Shown here: piece after piece, positions 36,983 through 46,976 of the stretch
Position numbering within the stretch: position 1 is the stretch's first letter
Layout: every line of letters starts with the position of its first letter
From: Acidimicrobiia bacterium
GTDB lineage: Bacteria > Actinomycetota > Acidimicrobiia > Spongiisociales > ZC4RG35
Assembly: GCA_035525055.1 (NCBI GenBank)
Contig: DATLEZ010000040.1
Coordinates: forward strand, 12,099-76,098
Length of the DNA: 64,000 nucleotides
Reading direction: 5' to 3'
Notes under the pieces: model-generated
What the model was told of the DNA's origin: nothing
Database searches by the model: none
The model's input: the letters and a program-made list of their open reading frames with translations, nothing else
Made by a program: the position numbers and the translations under genes

Positions 36983-38238
36983 GTCGTTCTCTCCAATTGA
37001 GCCATAGGTACGGTGGCGTCTTCTAGAAGCTCGACGAACAGATCGGCCACGATCTCTCCGAAGGATGGATCGTTGACGTGATACGCCAGCTTGTGGATTG
37101 CAATGTCGGGGCGGAGGTCCCTTCGGAGTCTCTCAACGAAGGCTCCGTCGGCCACAGGGTCCCAGAACACGCCGTCGGGTACGTTAGGGATGGACAGGCC
37201 CCCGGTGGGGATAGCTATGGCGATGGGGCCGGTCGCCAGATTGAGCCGCTCTGCGAAGAGTTGCCCGATTTCCTCCATCTGGGCTTTTGGTGTGCGGACA
37301 AGGGTGTATTCGGGGTTGTGGTCATAGGTCGGTCGGTCGGCGAGCTCGGGAGGGACCTGCCCGCTGGCGAACACGCTGAAGTCGATGCATCCCGGGACCA
37401 CGATCTGGGGCAACCCCAGCTCACCAATCGTCCTGAGGCGGCGCGGGCCCCCGTCGTGTATTCCCCCGACCATGGGATCGGTCACTTCGTTGGTGGTGAA
37501 GTCGACGATCCCGACAAAGTGCCCGGCTGTGGCGAGGTCTTCCATGGCCGGCCCACCTACACCGTTGGAATGGAAGACGACTGCCTCGTACCCGTGCTCG
37601 GAGAGGCGGTCACGCAGGGCCATGACCGCCTTGGTGGTGTTGCCGAGCATCGTCACACCGACGAGTCGCGTGTCGGAGTCATCGGTCACGAGCCGGCGCG
37701 GGTTGGCAGCCATCGCAGCAACCGCCACCACCACATTGTCGAACACGGTCGTCGCCACCCGGTTGAGGCCCATGATGTCGACCACGGTGTGCACGACCAT
37801 CATGTCAGACGTTCCGACCAGGGGTCCAAACTCATGGCGCCCCGAGGCAATAGGGCTGAGGACGACCTTGGGCACCCCGATCGGGAGGACCATCAAAGCC
37901 GCCGCCCCTATGACCGCGCCCTCGGCTCCGCCAAGGCCGATGGCGGCATCGACTTGCCCCCGCCTGTACAGATCAGTCATCAGCGACTGCACCGCGCGGC
38001 GCATCATGGCCACAGCACGGCCCCGGGTGCCCGCCTGCCGGATCTCCCCGATGGTCGAGTCGGCGAATCGAGCAACTTCCCCGTGATCGATGTCGGGAAC
38101 TATGCCGAGGGGCTCGCCAAGGATTCCGACGTCTATCACCGTGGTCGTACATCCCAACCCGATCAGGCGATCGCGGATATAGGCAACTTCGGGACCCTTG
38201 GTGTCGAGGGTGCCGACGATGACGACTTGGGGCGCCAC
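36979..38238 (-). CDS. UPF0261 / Tm-1-like ATP-binding domain protein, copy 2
   Basis: VVIVGTLDTKGPEVAYIRDRL..., 419 aa, co-linear with copy 1. ATGA overlap with the creatininase gene. Confidence 0.85.
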   Translation of the reverse strand: MAPQVVIVGTLDTKGPEVAYIRDRLIGLGCTTTVIDVGILGEPLGIVPDIDHGEVARFADSTIGEIRQAGTRGRAVAMMRRAVQSLMTDLYRRGQVDAAIGLGGAEGAVIGAAALMVLPIGVPKVVLSPIASGRHEFGPLVGTSDMMVVHTVVDIMGLNRVATTVFDNVVVAVAAMAANPRRLVTDDSDTRLVGVTMLGNTTKAVMALRDRLSEHGYEAVVFHSNGVGGPAMEDLATAGHFVGIVDFTTNEVTDPMVGGIHDGGPRRLRTIGELGLPQIVVPGCIDFSVFASGQVPPELADRPTYDHNPEYTLVRTPKAQMEEIGQLFAERLNLATGPIAIAIPTGGLSIPNVPDGVFWDPVADGAFVERLRRDLRPDIAIHKLAYHVNDPSFGEIVADLFVELLEDATVPMAQLERTT

Positions 38239-38242
38239 TTTC

Positions 38243-39133
38243 TCAGTGTTGGATCAAGGGGAGCACATGAGCGCTGGCTCGTTCAACCAGCCAGTCGTAG
38301 AACTCCTCGCTGAGGGTCGAACTGCCGTGGTCCTGGATGAACTTGAGCTGCTCAGGTGAGATACCGGCGGGGTTTTCGTCGATCGCATTGGGATACGGAT
38401 TGGCAGGGGTCCGGTCGATCGGCGCCACAAATTCCATCGTCAGCGCACCGTCGTAACCGATCTGCCTGAGCAGGGCAATGACCTCGGTCCAGTCGTAGTC
38501 ACCCATTCCTGGAGGCATCCGATTGTTCTCGGCGACGTGGAAGTCGGTGAGTCGATCTCCGACGTCGAGGATGGCCTGGCGCCAGTCGGCCTCCTCGATG
38601 TTGATGTGGAAAGCATCGAGGCAGACCCCGCAGTCAGGACCAGTAGCCTCGGCGAGCGCCATGGCCTGCTCGCCCCGGTTGATGAAGTAGGTCTCGAAGC
38701 GGTTGAGAGGCTCGATACAGGGACGAACGCCCTCGACGAGAGAGTGGGCCATGATCTCGGCCATGCCCTCCACCGCCCATTTCCACTCCTCCTCGGGCGA
38801 TCCGTCGGGAATGATCTTGCCGACAGTTGCGGGCACGATGGTGATCTCGTGTCCCTCGAGCTCCTTGACCATCGTGATGCAGTCCTTGACATACTTCACG
38901 GAGGCGGCCCGTTGGGCCTCGTCCTTGGCCACCAGGTTGCGCTCGCCAAGCATCAGGGTCACCGCACCCCAGCACTTGAGGCCTGCGTCATCAAGCAGGG
39001 CTTTCACGTGCTTGGTGTCATAGATGTCCGGCTCGCCGCTGATCTCGATACTCGAATAGCCGAACTTCGCCAATCGGGCGATCGTTACCTCGATCGGCTC
39101 GGCCCGCATCCAGTTGTGCATGGACAGGTGCAT
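38243..39133 (-). CDS. Xylose-isomerase-like TIM-barrel protein (sugar phosphate isomerase/epimerase family)
   Basis: 296 aa. GYSSIEISGE..., CLDAFHINIEE and HVAENNR patterns typical of AP_endonuc_2. Confidence 0.8.
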   Translation of the reverse strand: MHLSMHNWMRAEPIEVTIARLAKFGYSSIEISGEPDIYDTKHVKALLDDAGLKCWGAVTLMLGERNLVAKDEAQRAASVKYVKDCITMVKELEGHEITIVPATVGKIIPDGSPEEEWKWAVEGMAEIMAHSLVEGVRPCIEPLNRFETYFINRGEQAMALAEATGPDCGVCLDAFHINIEEADWRQAILDVGDRLTDFHVAENNRMPPGMGDYDWTEVIALLRQIGYDGALTMEFVAPIDRTPANPYPNAIDENPAGISPEQLKFIQDHGSSTLSEEFYDWLVERASAHVLPLIQH

Positions 39134-39185
39134 CGATCATCCTCCTCGACTGGGAGCAACCCGGCGCCGCTCACTAGCCAAGAAT

Positions 39186-39203
39186 TGTATACAGCTCTGT
39201 ACA
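39186..39203. promoter_or_regulatory. Candidate GntR operator in the divergent promoter region
   Basis: Two adjacent palindromes, TGTATACA (39186-39193) and TGTACA (39198-39203), in the 126-nt spacer between the minus-strand operon that encodes GntR and the ABC operon. Confidence 0.4.
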
Positions 39204-39259
39204 CACGCGCCTCGCCGGACCGTGGTATTTTCGTCGGCGGTGTGCAGACCGGTGAGCAG

Positions 39260-40339
39260 ATGAGTGTGGTCAAAGCTGCAGGGTCGGAAGTGATGGGAGG
39301 CGCCCGGAACCGACCGGAGCTAAGGCGTCGCCTACTGATCGGCCTGGGTTCGGTCCCACTTCTCTTCCTCATTGCCTGGATCTTCTTTCTCTCCCAGGGA
39401 ACCTCGGCCGGACCGGCAGTCGCACAGCCCGGCAGGTTTCTCGTCACGCTCCTCGACGCCGTCACCGTGGCCGGGCTGTTCTTCGTTGTGGCCTCGGGAT
39501 TCACTCTCATATTCGGTCTGATGCGGACCGTGAACATGGCCCATGGCTCTCTCTTCTTGCTGGCTGCCTATCTCGGCATCAGCTTGCAGCAGACGATGGT
39601 TGGCAAGACACGGAACATCGAACCGGCGGATGTGAGCATGGCCTCGTGGCTCGTGCCGCTCTTCGTGGGGGCGTTGGTTGCTGCCGTGATCGGCATAGTC
39701 GTTCAGCAGGTCCTGTTGAGATGGAACGAAGGTCAGGAGCTGCGCCAGGCATTGATCACACTGGCGGTATCGGTGATCCTCGCCGACCAGATGCTCTCCT
39801 GGTTTGGCGGGTTGGCCACGCGGATGATTTGGCCCGGAGCGGTGACCCACTTCGTCGAGATCCTCGGCCGGCGCTACCCGACCTCGAGACTGTTCATGCT
39901 CGCCGCCGCCATGGTGGTCGGTGCCGCCCTGTGGGTTTGGCTCAACAAGACCCGGATGGGAATGATCATTCGCGCCGGCGTCGATGACCGCGACATGGTT
40001 CGGGCTCTCGGGATCAACATCCTCGCCGTGTTCGCCGTCGCTTTCTTCGTGGGCGCATTCTTGGCCGGGGTCGGAGGTGTGATGGGTGCCTCGTTCGCCG
40101 GGGTGGCGCCCGGATCCGACGGGCAGTGGCTCCTCAACTCGCTGGTGGTGGTGATCGTGGGCGGGCTGGGCTCGCTCAAGGGTGCTCTCGCGGGTTCACT
40201 CCTCTTCGGATTCGTAGTCTCTTTTTCTCCCGCTTACCTTCCTGAGGGCCTCACCTTCTACAGCATCATCCTCACCTTTGTGCTTCTGGCCGTTGTTCTC
40301 GCCGTTCGGCCACACGGTCTGTTCGGCCGGCCCGAATGA
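39260..40339 (+). CDS. ABC transporter permease, LivH-like (HAAT family)
   Basis: In-frame ATG at 39260 of track ORF 38537... LDAVTVAGLFFVVASGFTLIFGLMRTVNMAHGS is the typical LivH N-terminus. The earlier part of the ORF is antisense to 38243..39133. Confidence 0.85.
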   Translation: MSVVKAAGSEVMGGARNRPELRRRLLIGLGSVPLLFLIAWIFFLSQGTSAGPAVAQPGRFLVTLLDAVTVAGLFFVVASGFTLIFGLMRTVNMAHGSLFLLAAYLGISLQQTMVGKTRNIEPADVSMASWLVPLFVGALVAAVIGIVVQQVLLRWNEGQELRQALITLAVSVILADQMLSWFGGLATRMIWPGAVTHFVEILGRRYPTSRLFMLAAAMVVGAALWVWLNKTRMGMIIRAGVDDRDMVRALGINILAVFAVAFFVGAFLAGVGGVMGASFAGVAPGSDGQWLLNSLVVVIVGGLGSLKGALAGSLLFGFVVSFSPAYLPEGLTFYSIILTFVLLAVVLAVRPHGLFGRPE

Positions 40340-41352
40340 GCAGATCGTCCAAGCTCGCGCTGGTACCGGTGACTGCAGCGTTGGCGGTTTTGCCGCTGGT
40401 GACGTCCGATTTCGTCACCTCGTTTCTCGTGACTCGGATCCTCATCCTCGGCGTTGCCGCCGCTTCGATCGTGTTCTTGTTCCGGTATGGCGGGATGGTA
40501 TCTCTGGCTCAGTTCCTGATCTTCGGGGTGGCTGGCTTCATGGTCGGCAACGCCACCGGTCAGGCAGGGTCGAAAGGGCTGAAGCTCGGATGGGATCCCT
40601 GGGTCGGCGCCCTCTTCGCTCTCGGGGTCTGCCTGGTCGTCGCCTTGGTCCTGGGAGCGCTGGCCAGCCGAACGAGCGGGATCTACTTCCTCATGCTGAC
40701 GCTCACCTACGCGGTCATCGGCTACTACTTCTTTGGTCAGGTCACGAACCTGTCGGGATTCGGAGGTATCACCGGGATCACGCCGCCGTCGTTCTTCGCC
40801 GGTCATCCCTGGCGGTTGTACTACGTCGCCGTCGGGCTATCACTGGCGGTCTACCTCGGTTTCAGATCGATCGCCCGGACACCATTCGGACTGGCATTGC
40901 AAGGCACCCGGGACGATCCCGTTCGAATGGCATCGCTCGGGTTCAACGTCCCGCTACACCGAACTCTGGCCTTCGTGATCGCTGGATTCGTCGCTGCCTG
41001 CGCCGGAATCTTGAACATCTGGTGGAACGGTCAGATCGACCCCACCTCGATCTCGATTGGGCCCACCCTTGACCTCCTCATCATCGCGGTCATCGGCGGC
41101 ATCTCATACTTCGGGGGCGCCTGGTTGGGAGCGGCGGTCTATGTCACCGCCAACATCTATTTGCGAAATCTCCCGCTGGTCGGACTGATCGGCATCACGG
41201 AGGCTCGATTCAACACATTGATCGGGATTGTCGTGTTGCTGATCATGGTCCTCTCACCCGAGGGGATCATGGGCATCATCGACCGGCTCCGTCGAGGGAC
41301 CCGAGGCATGAAACCCTTGGCACCTCCCATCGCCAGAGTCGGTGCCGATTGA
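40336..41352 (+). CDS. ABC transporter permease, LivM-like
   Basis: Multi-TM 338 aa with a 4-nt overlap with the LivH-like gene. Confidence 0.85.
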   Translation: MSRSSKLALVPVTAALAVLPLVTSDFVTSFLVTRILILGVAAASIVFLFRYGGMVSLAQFLIFGVAGFMVGNATGQAGSKGLKLGWDPWVGALFALGVCLVVALVLGALASRTSGIYFLMLTLTYAVIGYYFFGQVTNLSGFGGITGITPPSFFAGHPWRLYYVAVGLSLAVYLGFRSIARTPFGLALQGTRDDPVRMASLGFNVPLHRTLAFVIAGFVAACAGILNIWWNGQIDPTSISIGPTLDLLIIAVIGGISYFGGAWLGAAVYVTANIYLRNLPLVGLIGITEARFNTLIGIVVLLIMVLSPEGIMGIIDRLRRGTRGMKPLAPPIARVGAD

Positions 41353-41416
41353 TGCTCGCCCTGGCGAAGGAACAGAGAAGAGCGCGAGCGAATGCCTCGC
41401 CGACGAGGAGGAAGAT

Positions 41417-42925
41417 ATGAGAGCAATCGAAGTCAGACGGTCGAGGCCAGCCCGATGGCTGGCCCTCATCGCCGCAATGGCGATGACCCTGGCAGCATGT
41501 GCAGGGGAACCGGCTACGACCGAAACGACCGCTGCCCCGACCGAAACGACCGCTGCCCCGACCGAGACGACCGCTGCCCCGACCGAGACGACCGCTGCCG
41601 GAGTTGAGCCGATCAAGCTCGGGATCCTTGGCGAGTGTGAGGGAGCCTTTGGCGCCTTCCACGAGGACGTGGTCGGCGGGACGATCTTGGCCCTGATCAA
41701 CCATGCAGGCGCAACCAGCAACTCACCCACCAGTGCCCTCGACGGGTTTAGCAACGCGGTCGCCGGCGGCCGCGAGATCGAACTCGTCGGCACCGGATGT
41801 GGAGACGACACCCCCGACCGTATCATCCAGGAGATCCGAACCCTGGTCGAACAGAACGGCGCTGAGATAATCATCGGCCCGCTCTCGGGCGATGAGTCGA
41901 TTGCAGTCGCCAACTATGCCAAGGACCACCCGGAGATAACGGTCATCAGCGGCATCGCAGGAGCCCAGGAGACGACACTTCATGTGCAGGCTCCCAACTA
42001 CTTCCGATTCCACGGCGACGGTGCTCAGTGGAATGCGGGACTCGGCGATCTCCTGTACAACGAGGCCGGGTGGGAGACAGCAGCCGTCATCTCCGATGAC
42101 TACAGCTTCGCTTGGACCTCGACGGCCGGGTTCATCGCCGACTTCTGTGCAGTCGGAGGCGAGGTGACGAGCCGGGTGTTTCCACCACTCGGCACAACCG
42201 ACTACTCATCGTTCATCCAGCAGCTACCCGACCCGGATGAGGTCGATGGCTACTTCTGGGTCGTCGGAGGCACTGGAACGACCGCCGCTTTGGAGGCATT
42301 CATCAATGCCAAAGGCGACCTCACGGGCGAACAGCACGCCGGGAACCTGTTCTTCAATCCAGGACTCGCATCAACCCTCGGACCAGGCATCGCAGGCGCA
42401 TACGTCGGCGGATTCGCCACGCCCCCGGGTGATGTGACGACACCGGCGATCCAGGAGTACCTGGCAAGCGCCGACGCAGCATGGGAGACCCTGGCAGGAG
42501 CTCTGAGCGGCAATGAGCCTGCGCCACCGTCGGTGGCGGCGGCGTTCGGTTTCTTCTACGGCTACTACAGCGGAGGCGTGGCCCTGGTCAACGCGCTGAA
42601 TGCAGTCGAGGGTGATCTATCGAACAACCACGAAGCCTTGCGTGCCGAGCTGGCAGGTATGACGCTCGAGCTGCCCTATGGACCAGTGACCCTCGACGAG
42701 AACCGTCACGGCATCGTCGATGTCTATCTCTCGCAGCTGGTCCTCGAAGGCGATGAAGTGGTCCAGAAGACCGTGGCTCTGATTCCTCAGGTGGACCAGA
42801 CCTTCGGAGGCACCTTCAGCACCGAAACCCCCGGCCCCTCGCGGGACTTCCCGGCGTGCGAGACGAGAGACCTCCCGTGGAGCGGGAACGCCATTCCGGT
42901 CGTCGACGGTGTTCCCCAGGGCTAG
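41417..42925 (+). CDS. ABC transporter substrate-binding lipoprotein (type I periplasmic-binding fold, Leu/Ile/Val-binding family)
   Basis: ATG at 41417 after GAGGAGGAAG. Lipobox LAAC. TETTAAP repeat linker. Then a PBP1-like domain. Confidence 0.85.
   Translation: MRAIEVRRSRPARWLALIAAMAMTLAACAGEPATTETTAAPTETTAAPTETTAAPTETTAAGVEPIKLGILGECEGAFGAFHEDVVGGTILALINHAGATSNSPTSALDGFSNAVAGGREIELVGTGCGDDTPDRIIQEIRTLVEQNGAEIIIGPLSGDESIAVANYAKDHPEITVISGIAGAQETTLHVQAPNYFRFHGDGAQWNAGLGDLLYNEAGWETAAVISDDYSFAWTSTAGFIADFCAVGGEVTSRVFPPLGTTDYSSFIQQLPDPDEVDGYFWVVGGTGTTAALEAFINAKGDLTGEQHAGNLFFNPGLASTLGPGIAGAYVGGFATPPGDVTTPAIQEYLASADAAWETLAGALSGNEPAPPSVAAAFGFFYGYYSGGVALVNALNAVEGDLSNNHEALRAELAGMTLELPYGPVTLDENRHGIVDVYLSQLVLEGDEVVQKTVALIPQVDQTFGGTFSTETPGPSRDFPACETRDLPWSGNAIPVVDGVPQG
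41519..41599 (+). repeat. 3.9 tandem copies of the 21-mer ACCGA(A/G)ACGACCGCTGCCCCG
   Basis: Units at 41519, 41540, 41561 and 41582 (partial). They encode (T)ETTAAP repeats just after the lipobox. Confidence 0.9.
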
Positions 42926-43722
42926 GTGAGGAACAGTTGATACCGAATCCCGTAGTCCCGGTCGAGGCACAGCAGGATCATGCCCTGAGCATTCGGTCGG
43001 TGACCAAGGCATTCGGAGGACTGGTGGCCGTGGATGACATCGATCTCGATGTCGTTCACGGCCAACGCTTGGGTCTCCTCGGACCCAATGGGGCCGGGAA
43101 GACCACACTCTTCAACCTGGTCGCCGGTGACATGCGGCCGACATCGGGGACTATCAAGATCGGCGGGGTGGACTGCACAATGCTTCCGTCGCGCCACCGC
43201 GCAGCAATGGGCGTTTCTCGCACTTATCAGCGCACCCGCCTATTCGGTGGACTGACCGTCATAGACAATCTCTACCTCGCTCAGACCGGCAAGAGCGGAC
43301 GGCACAGGGCAGTGTGGAGATCGAAGCTGGATGAGGAGCTTTGCGAGAAGGCGGCTGCCGCAGCGACGATGGTGTGGCTCGGCAAGCGCAAGGAGGACAA
43401 GGTCGACGACCTCTCCCATGGTGAACGGCGCCAGTTGGAGGTGGCGATGGCGTTGGTCGCCGACCCCTTCATTCTGCTCCTGGACGAACCGGCGTCTGGA
43501 TTGTCCCAAGGAGAGCGGGAGAGCCTCACGGAGCTGTTGCTCGGGCTTCCCCCCGGGTTGACTCTGGTCCTCATCGAGCATGACATGGATGTGGCGCTCC
43601 GGGCAGCAGAACAGATCGTGGTCATGTCCGACGGCAGAATCGTGGCCTCCGGCTCGACCGAGGAGATCCGTGACGACCCGGTCGTTCACGCGATCTATCT
43701 CGGGGAACCCCGCGAGGAGTGA
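42856..43722 (+). CDS. ABC transporter ATP-binding protein, LivG-like
   Basis: Walker A GPNGAGKTT, signature LSHGERRQL, Walker B ILLLDEP. The real start is probably downstream of 42856 (for example the TTG near 42937), because the listed start overlaps the binding-protein gene. Confidence 0.85.
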   Translation: MRDERPPVERERHSGRRRCSPGLGEEQLIPNPVVPVEAQQDHALSIRSVTKAFGGLVAVDDIDLDVVHGQRLGLLGPNGAGKTTLFNLVAGDMRPTSGTIKIGGVDCTMLPSRHRAAMGVSRTYQRTRLFGGLTVIDNLYLAQTGKSGRHRAVWRSKLDEELCEKAAAAATMVWLGKRKEDKVDDLSHGERRQLEVAMALVADPFILLLDEPASGLSQGERESLTELLLGLPPGLTLVLIEHDMDVALRAAEQIVVMSDGRIVASGSTEEIRDDPVVHAIYLGEPREE

Positions 43723-44432
43723 TGGCCGATCCACTACTCCAGGTCGACATGCTCGAGGCTGGCTACGGCCAGTCGACGGTCCTCGATTCGCTTTCGTTCT
43801 CGATGGGGATCGAATCGGTGGCGATCATCGGGCGAAACGGCATGGGGAAGACCACATTGTGCAAGGTGATCATGGGTCTGATTCGACCGACCCGCGGCTC
43901 CGTCGTGTTCGACGGGCAGAACCTCACCCGGATATCTCCCGAGAAGGTCGCACGAGCCGGCGTGGGCTATGTGCCTCAAGGTCGAAGGCTATTTCCATCC
44001 CTGACCGTCGATGAGCATCTGCGGATGCTGTCAAGCCGGACCAACGGGAAGCGGTGGAACGCCGAAACCGTCTACGAGCTGTTCCCCCGCCTTGCCGCGC
44101 GGCGCCAGAGCCGAGCAGGCTTGCTCTCCGGTGGAGAGCAGCAGATGCTCGCCGTCGGCCGGACCCTGATGCTCAACAGTCGCCTCATCATGATGGACGA
44201 GCCATCCGAGGGCCTCGCCCCGACGATCGTGGAGACGCTCATAGCGGCCGTCCATACCCTCGTTGCCGAAGGAGTTGCGGTCCTGGCCGTCGAGCAGAAC
44301 ATCCATGCCGCGACCGCAATGGCGAACCGCCAGCTGGCAATGGTCTCCGGGAGGATCGAAGCAGAGCTCACCGCCGACCAAATTCGCGACAACCCCACAC
44401 TGCAACGCCGGTACCTGGGTGTCGACGCTTAA
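43719..44432 (+). CDS. ABC transporter ATP-binding protein, LivF-like
   Basis: Walker A GRNGMGKTT, signature LSGGEQQML, Walker B LIMMDEP. Confidence 0.85.
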   Translation: MMADPLLQVDMLEAGYGQSTVLDSLSFSMGIESVAIIGRNGMGKTTLCKVIMGLIRPTRGSVVFDGQNLTRISPEKVARAGVGYVPQGRRLFPSLTVDEHLRMLSSRTNGKRWNAETVYELFPRLAARRQSRAGLLSGGEQQMLAVGRTLMLNSRLIMMDEPSEGLAPTIVETLIAAVHTLVAEGVAVLAVEQNIHAATAMANRQLAMVSGRIEAELTADQIRDNPTLQRRYLGVDA

Positions 44433-44462
44433 GTCCTGGTACGGAAGAGAGAGGCCCTATAG

Positions 44463-45647
44463 ATGACCATCACCAATGTCGCCCTCCTGGGCTCGAAGTT
44501 CATGGGACGAACCCATTCCAACGCCTGGATGAGCGTTGGCAAGTACTTCCCCGAGGCCGGGATCGCCAACCTTCATACGGTCTCGGCTCGCAACCCCGAG
44601 GACCTCGAAATATTCGCGACCACATGGGGATGGTCATCATGGACCACGGATTGGCGCGAGGCCGTAGCGCATTCAGAGGTCGACCTGGTGGACATCGCCA
44701 CCCCGAACCACGTCCACGCCGAACAGGCGATCGCGGCCCTCGAGGCAGGCAAGCACGTGGCCTGTGAGAAGCCGCTGGCCGCAGACTTAGCGGGCGCCAA
44801 GTCGATGGCAGAGGCCGCCTCGCGAGCCGAAGGCAAAGCATTCGTCTGGTACATGTACCGGCGGGTCCCCGCCCTCGCCCTGGCCCACCGACTTGTAAAA
44901 GCGGGCGCTTTGGGCCGGATATATCACGCCCGGGCAGCCTATCTCCAGAGTTGGGGTGGGCCGGATACTCCGCTGTTGTGGCGTTTCCAGGGCGACGTAG
45001 CTGGCTCGGGTGCCCATGGCGATCTCAACGCACACATCATTGACGCGGTGCGTTTCCTCACGGGTGAGGAGATAGCCACCGTGGACGGTGCGATCGAGCA
45101 CACCTTCATTGAGGAGCGGGCTCTCCTCGAGGGTGGGGCCGGCGGTGAGATCGCTGGAGCAGGCGCCACGACCTCGGGCGCGACCGGCAAAAGCACGGTC
45201 GACGACGCCGTTCTCTTCATCGGTCGTCTCTCGGGCGGCGGATTGGCCAGCTTCGAGGCGACCCGATTGGCAACTGGCTACCACAACGCCAACCGGATCG
45301 AGATTCACGGCGAAACGGGGGCTGTCCGATTCGACTTCGAACGGATGAATGAGCTCGGCTACTACGACGCCAGCGGTGAACCCTCCACTCAGGGCTGGAC
45401 GACCATTGATGTGACGAGGGGAGGCGACGGGCACCCCTACGCCGAAGCGTGGTGGCCCGCCAGTCACGGCCTGGGTTACGAGAACACCTTCGTCAACCAG
45501 GCCGCCGACATGCTTCGGGTGATCGGGGGTCAGGATCCCGTGGTCCCGCTGCCTGACTTCGCCGACGCACTCGAGACCCAGAAAGTCTTGGCGGCGGCCC
45601 TCATCTCGGCTCGCGAGCACACCCCTGTAGACATTGCACAACTCTGA
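44463..45647 (+). CDS. Gfo/Idh/MocA-family oxidoreductase
   Basis: N-terminal Rossmann ([13 protein letters not shown]), EKP motif (VACEKPLA), 394 aa. Confidence 0.9.
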   Translation: MTITNVALLGSKFMGRTHSNAWMSVGKYFPEAGIANLHTVSARNPEDLEIFATTWGWSSWTTDWREAVAHSEVDLVDIATPNHVHAEQAIAALEAGKHVACEKPLAADLAGAKSMAEAASRAEGKAFVWYMYRRVPALALAHRLVKAGALGRIYHARAAYLQSWGGPDTPLLWRFQGDVAGSGAHGDLNAHIIDAVRFLTGEEIATVDGAIEHTFIEERALLEGGAGGEIAGAGATTSGATGKSTVDDAVLFIGRLSGGGLASFEATRLATGYHNANRIEIHGETGAVRFDFERMNELGYYDASGEPSTQGWTTIDVTRGGDGHPYAEAWWPASHGLGYENTFVNQAADMLRVIGGQDPVVPLPDFADALETQKVLAAALISAREHTPVDIAQL

Positions 45648-45667
45648 GACAGGAAAGAGGTACCCAC

Positions 45668-46912
45668 ATGAGCAAGGCAGCACCATTCGAGCCGGTATTT
45701 ATGCCGGTAGGCGTTCTAACCGCCGCCCTCCAAGAGTTGACGCCCCGAGAGAAGCGGGACCCGGATCCCGACCTGGCCGTCGAGGAATGGCTCGACTTCG
45801 CATCTGAGCTATCCGTTGACTGCATCGAGCTGTCTGCTGCGGTGCATCCCGACCTTGCTGACATTCCCCCCGAGGCGATGCTCGACCCGGTTGCCAACAC
45901 TCTCGACCTCCGCCAGCCATTCGACCAGAACCGGGCGAATCGAGTGCAGGCGGCAGTCGCCAGCTCGGGCGTCTACATAGCGGACATCGCCTACTTCGAC
46001 AACCTGCTTCATGACGATCCTGCCATTCGACGGGAGAAGCATGACTTCATGCTCGGAGTCATGGACGCGGCAACGCTCCTTGGAGTGCCAGCTGTCGCCG
46101 GGTTCGTCGGCCGGGACCAGACCAGATCGATGGACCAGAACCTGATCGAGTTCGAGGACAGCTTCGTCCCCCTTCTGCAGGCGGCCAAAGATCGGGGAAT
46201 CGTGTACCGGGTTGAGCAGTGCCCGATGCCGGGTTGGACTCCCAACGACAACTACCACAACAACATCGGCTACACCCCTGCCATGTGGATTGCCCTGCAT
46301 CGAATCGCCGAGAAACATGGAGTCGGGGACCAGTTCCGGGTTCATTACGACCCATCACATTCCATCCTGATGGGCCAGGACACGCGATCGATGTTCCAAT
46401 ACCTGGCAGACGAAGGTTATGGGTTCCTGATCGACGGACTCCACGTAAAGGGCCAGGTCATCGACAGCCGGGGGGTGGCGGCCTGGGGCTACGGGGGCCA
46501 GACCGTGCAACGCGGCGACTGGATCGATGGCGAGATCTCGTCGAACCCAGCCGATCTCGCCAAAGCGTGGCTGATACAAACATCGCTGGCAGAGCACGAA
46601 TTGCCCGGCACCGCCCGTCACGATCCTCTGGCGTATCTCCAGAACCGGACTGTCGACTGGCTTGACCATCAACTGGCTCTTCGCGAACTGCTCGACCTCG
46701 ATGTTGCCAAGGTACCCCTGATCGTCGAGCATGAGTACCCGCCAGCCCGCGTTCAGGAGAAGGAAAATTTGGCTCCGATCCTGGCCGGGTCGATCGCTTT
46801 CACCCGGCACATCGATCAGGCGGCAGCAGCCATGTACGCGCTCCAACACCAAGTCCTCCCGGCGCAGGGCATTCCGGTTCAGGGATTCGGCAGGGAGGCC
46901 TATCGAAGCTGA
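45668..46912 (+). CDS. Xylose-isomerase-like TIM-barrel protein (second one in the cluster)
   Basis: 414 aa. [10 protein letters not shown]..., VEQCPMPGW and [13 protein letters not shown] patterns. Confidence 0.75.
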   Translation: MSKAAPFEPVFMPVGVLTAALQELTPREKRDPDPDLAVEEWLDFASELSVDCIELSAAVHPDLADIPPEAMLDPVANTLDLRQPFDQNRANRVQAAVASSGVYIADIAYFDNLLHDDPAIRREKHDFMLGVMDAATLLGVPAVAGFVGRDQTRSMDQNLIEFEDSFVPLLQAAKDRGIVYRVEQCPMPGWTPNDNYHNNIGYTPAMWIALHRIAEKHGVGDQFRVHYDPSHSILMGQDTRSMFQYLADEGYGFLIDGLHVKGQVIDSRGVAAWGYGGQTVQRGDWIDGEISSNPADLAKAWLIQTSLAEHELPGTARHDPLAYLQNRTVDWLDHQLALRELLDLDVAKVPLIVEHEYPPARVQEKENLAPILAGSIAFTRHIDQAAAAMYALQHQVLPAQGIPVQGFGREAYRS

Positions 46913-46976
46913 ATCGGCGTTCGGCCGCGGCCCACGGGACGATCGCCATTCCCGACTCAGCGCAGAATCTCGGACA

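Noticed and set aside
37078-38313. Long antisense or alternative-frame ORFs in high-GC genes, including 37078..38313, 44787..45686, 60198..61142, 6462..7355, 7274..8074, 11776..12684, 19246..20151, 15547..16350, 20944..21690 and 49491..50297
   Set aside because: Each lies opposite or out of frame to a gene with clear family motifs. They are Arg/Pro/Gly/Ser-rich with no motifs. Long spurious ORFs of this kind are typical of GC-rich DNA.
38537-39259. N-terminal 241 codons of the 600-aa ORF 38537..40339
   Set aside because: This part is antisense to the well-supported TIM-barrel gene 38243..39133 and shows no permease features. The LivH-like sequence begins at the in-frame ATG at 39260.
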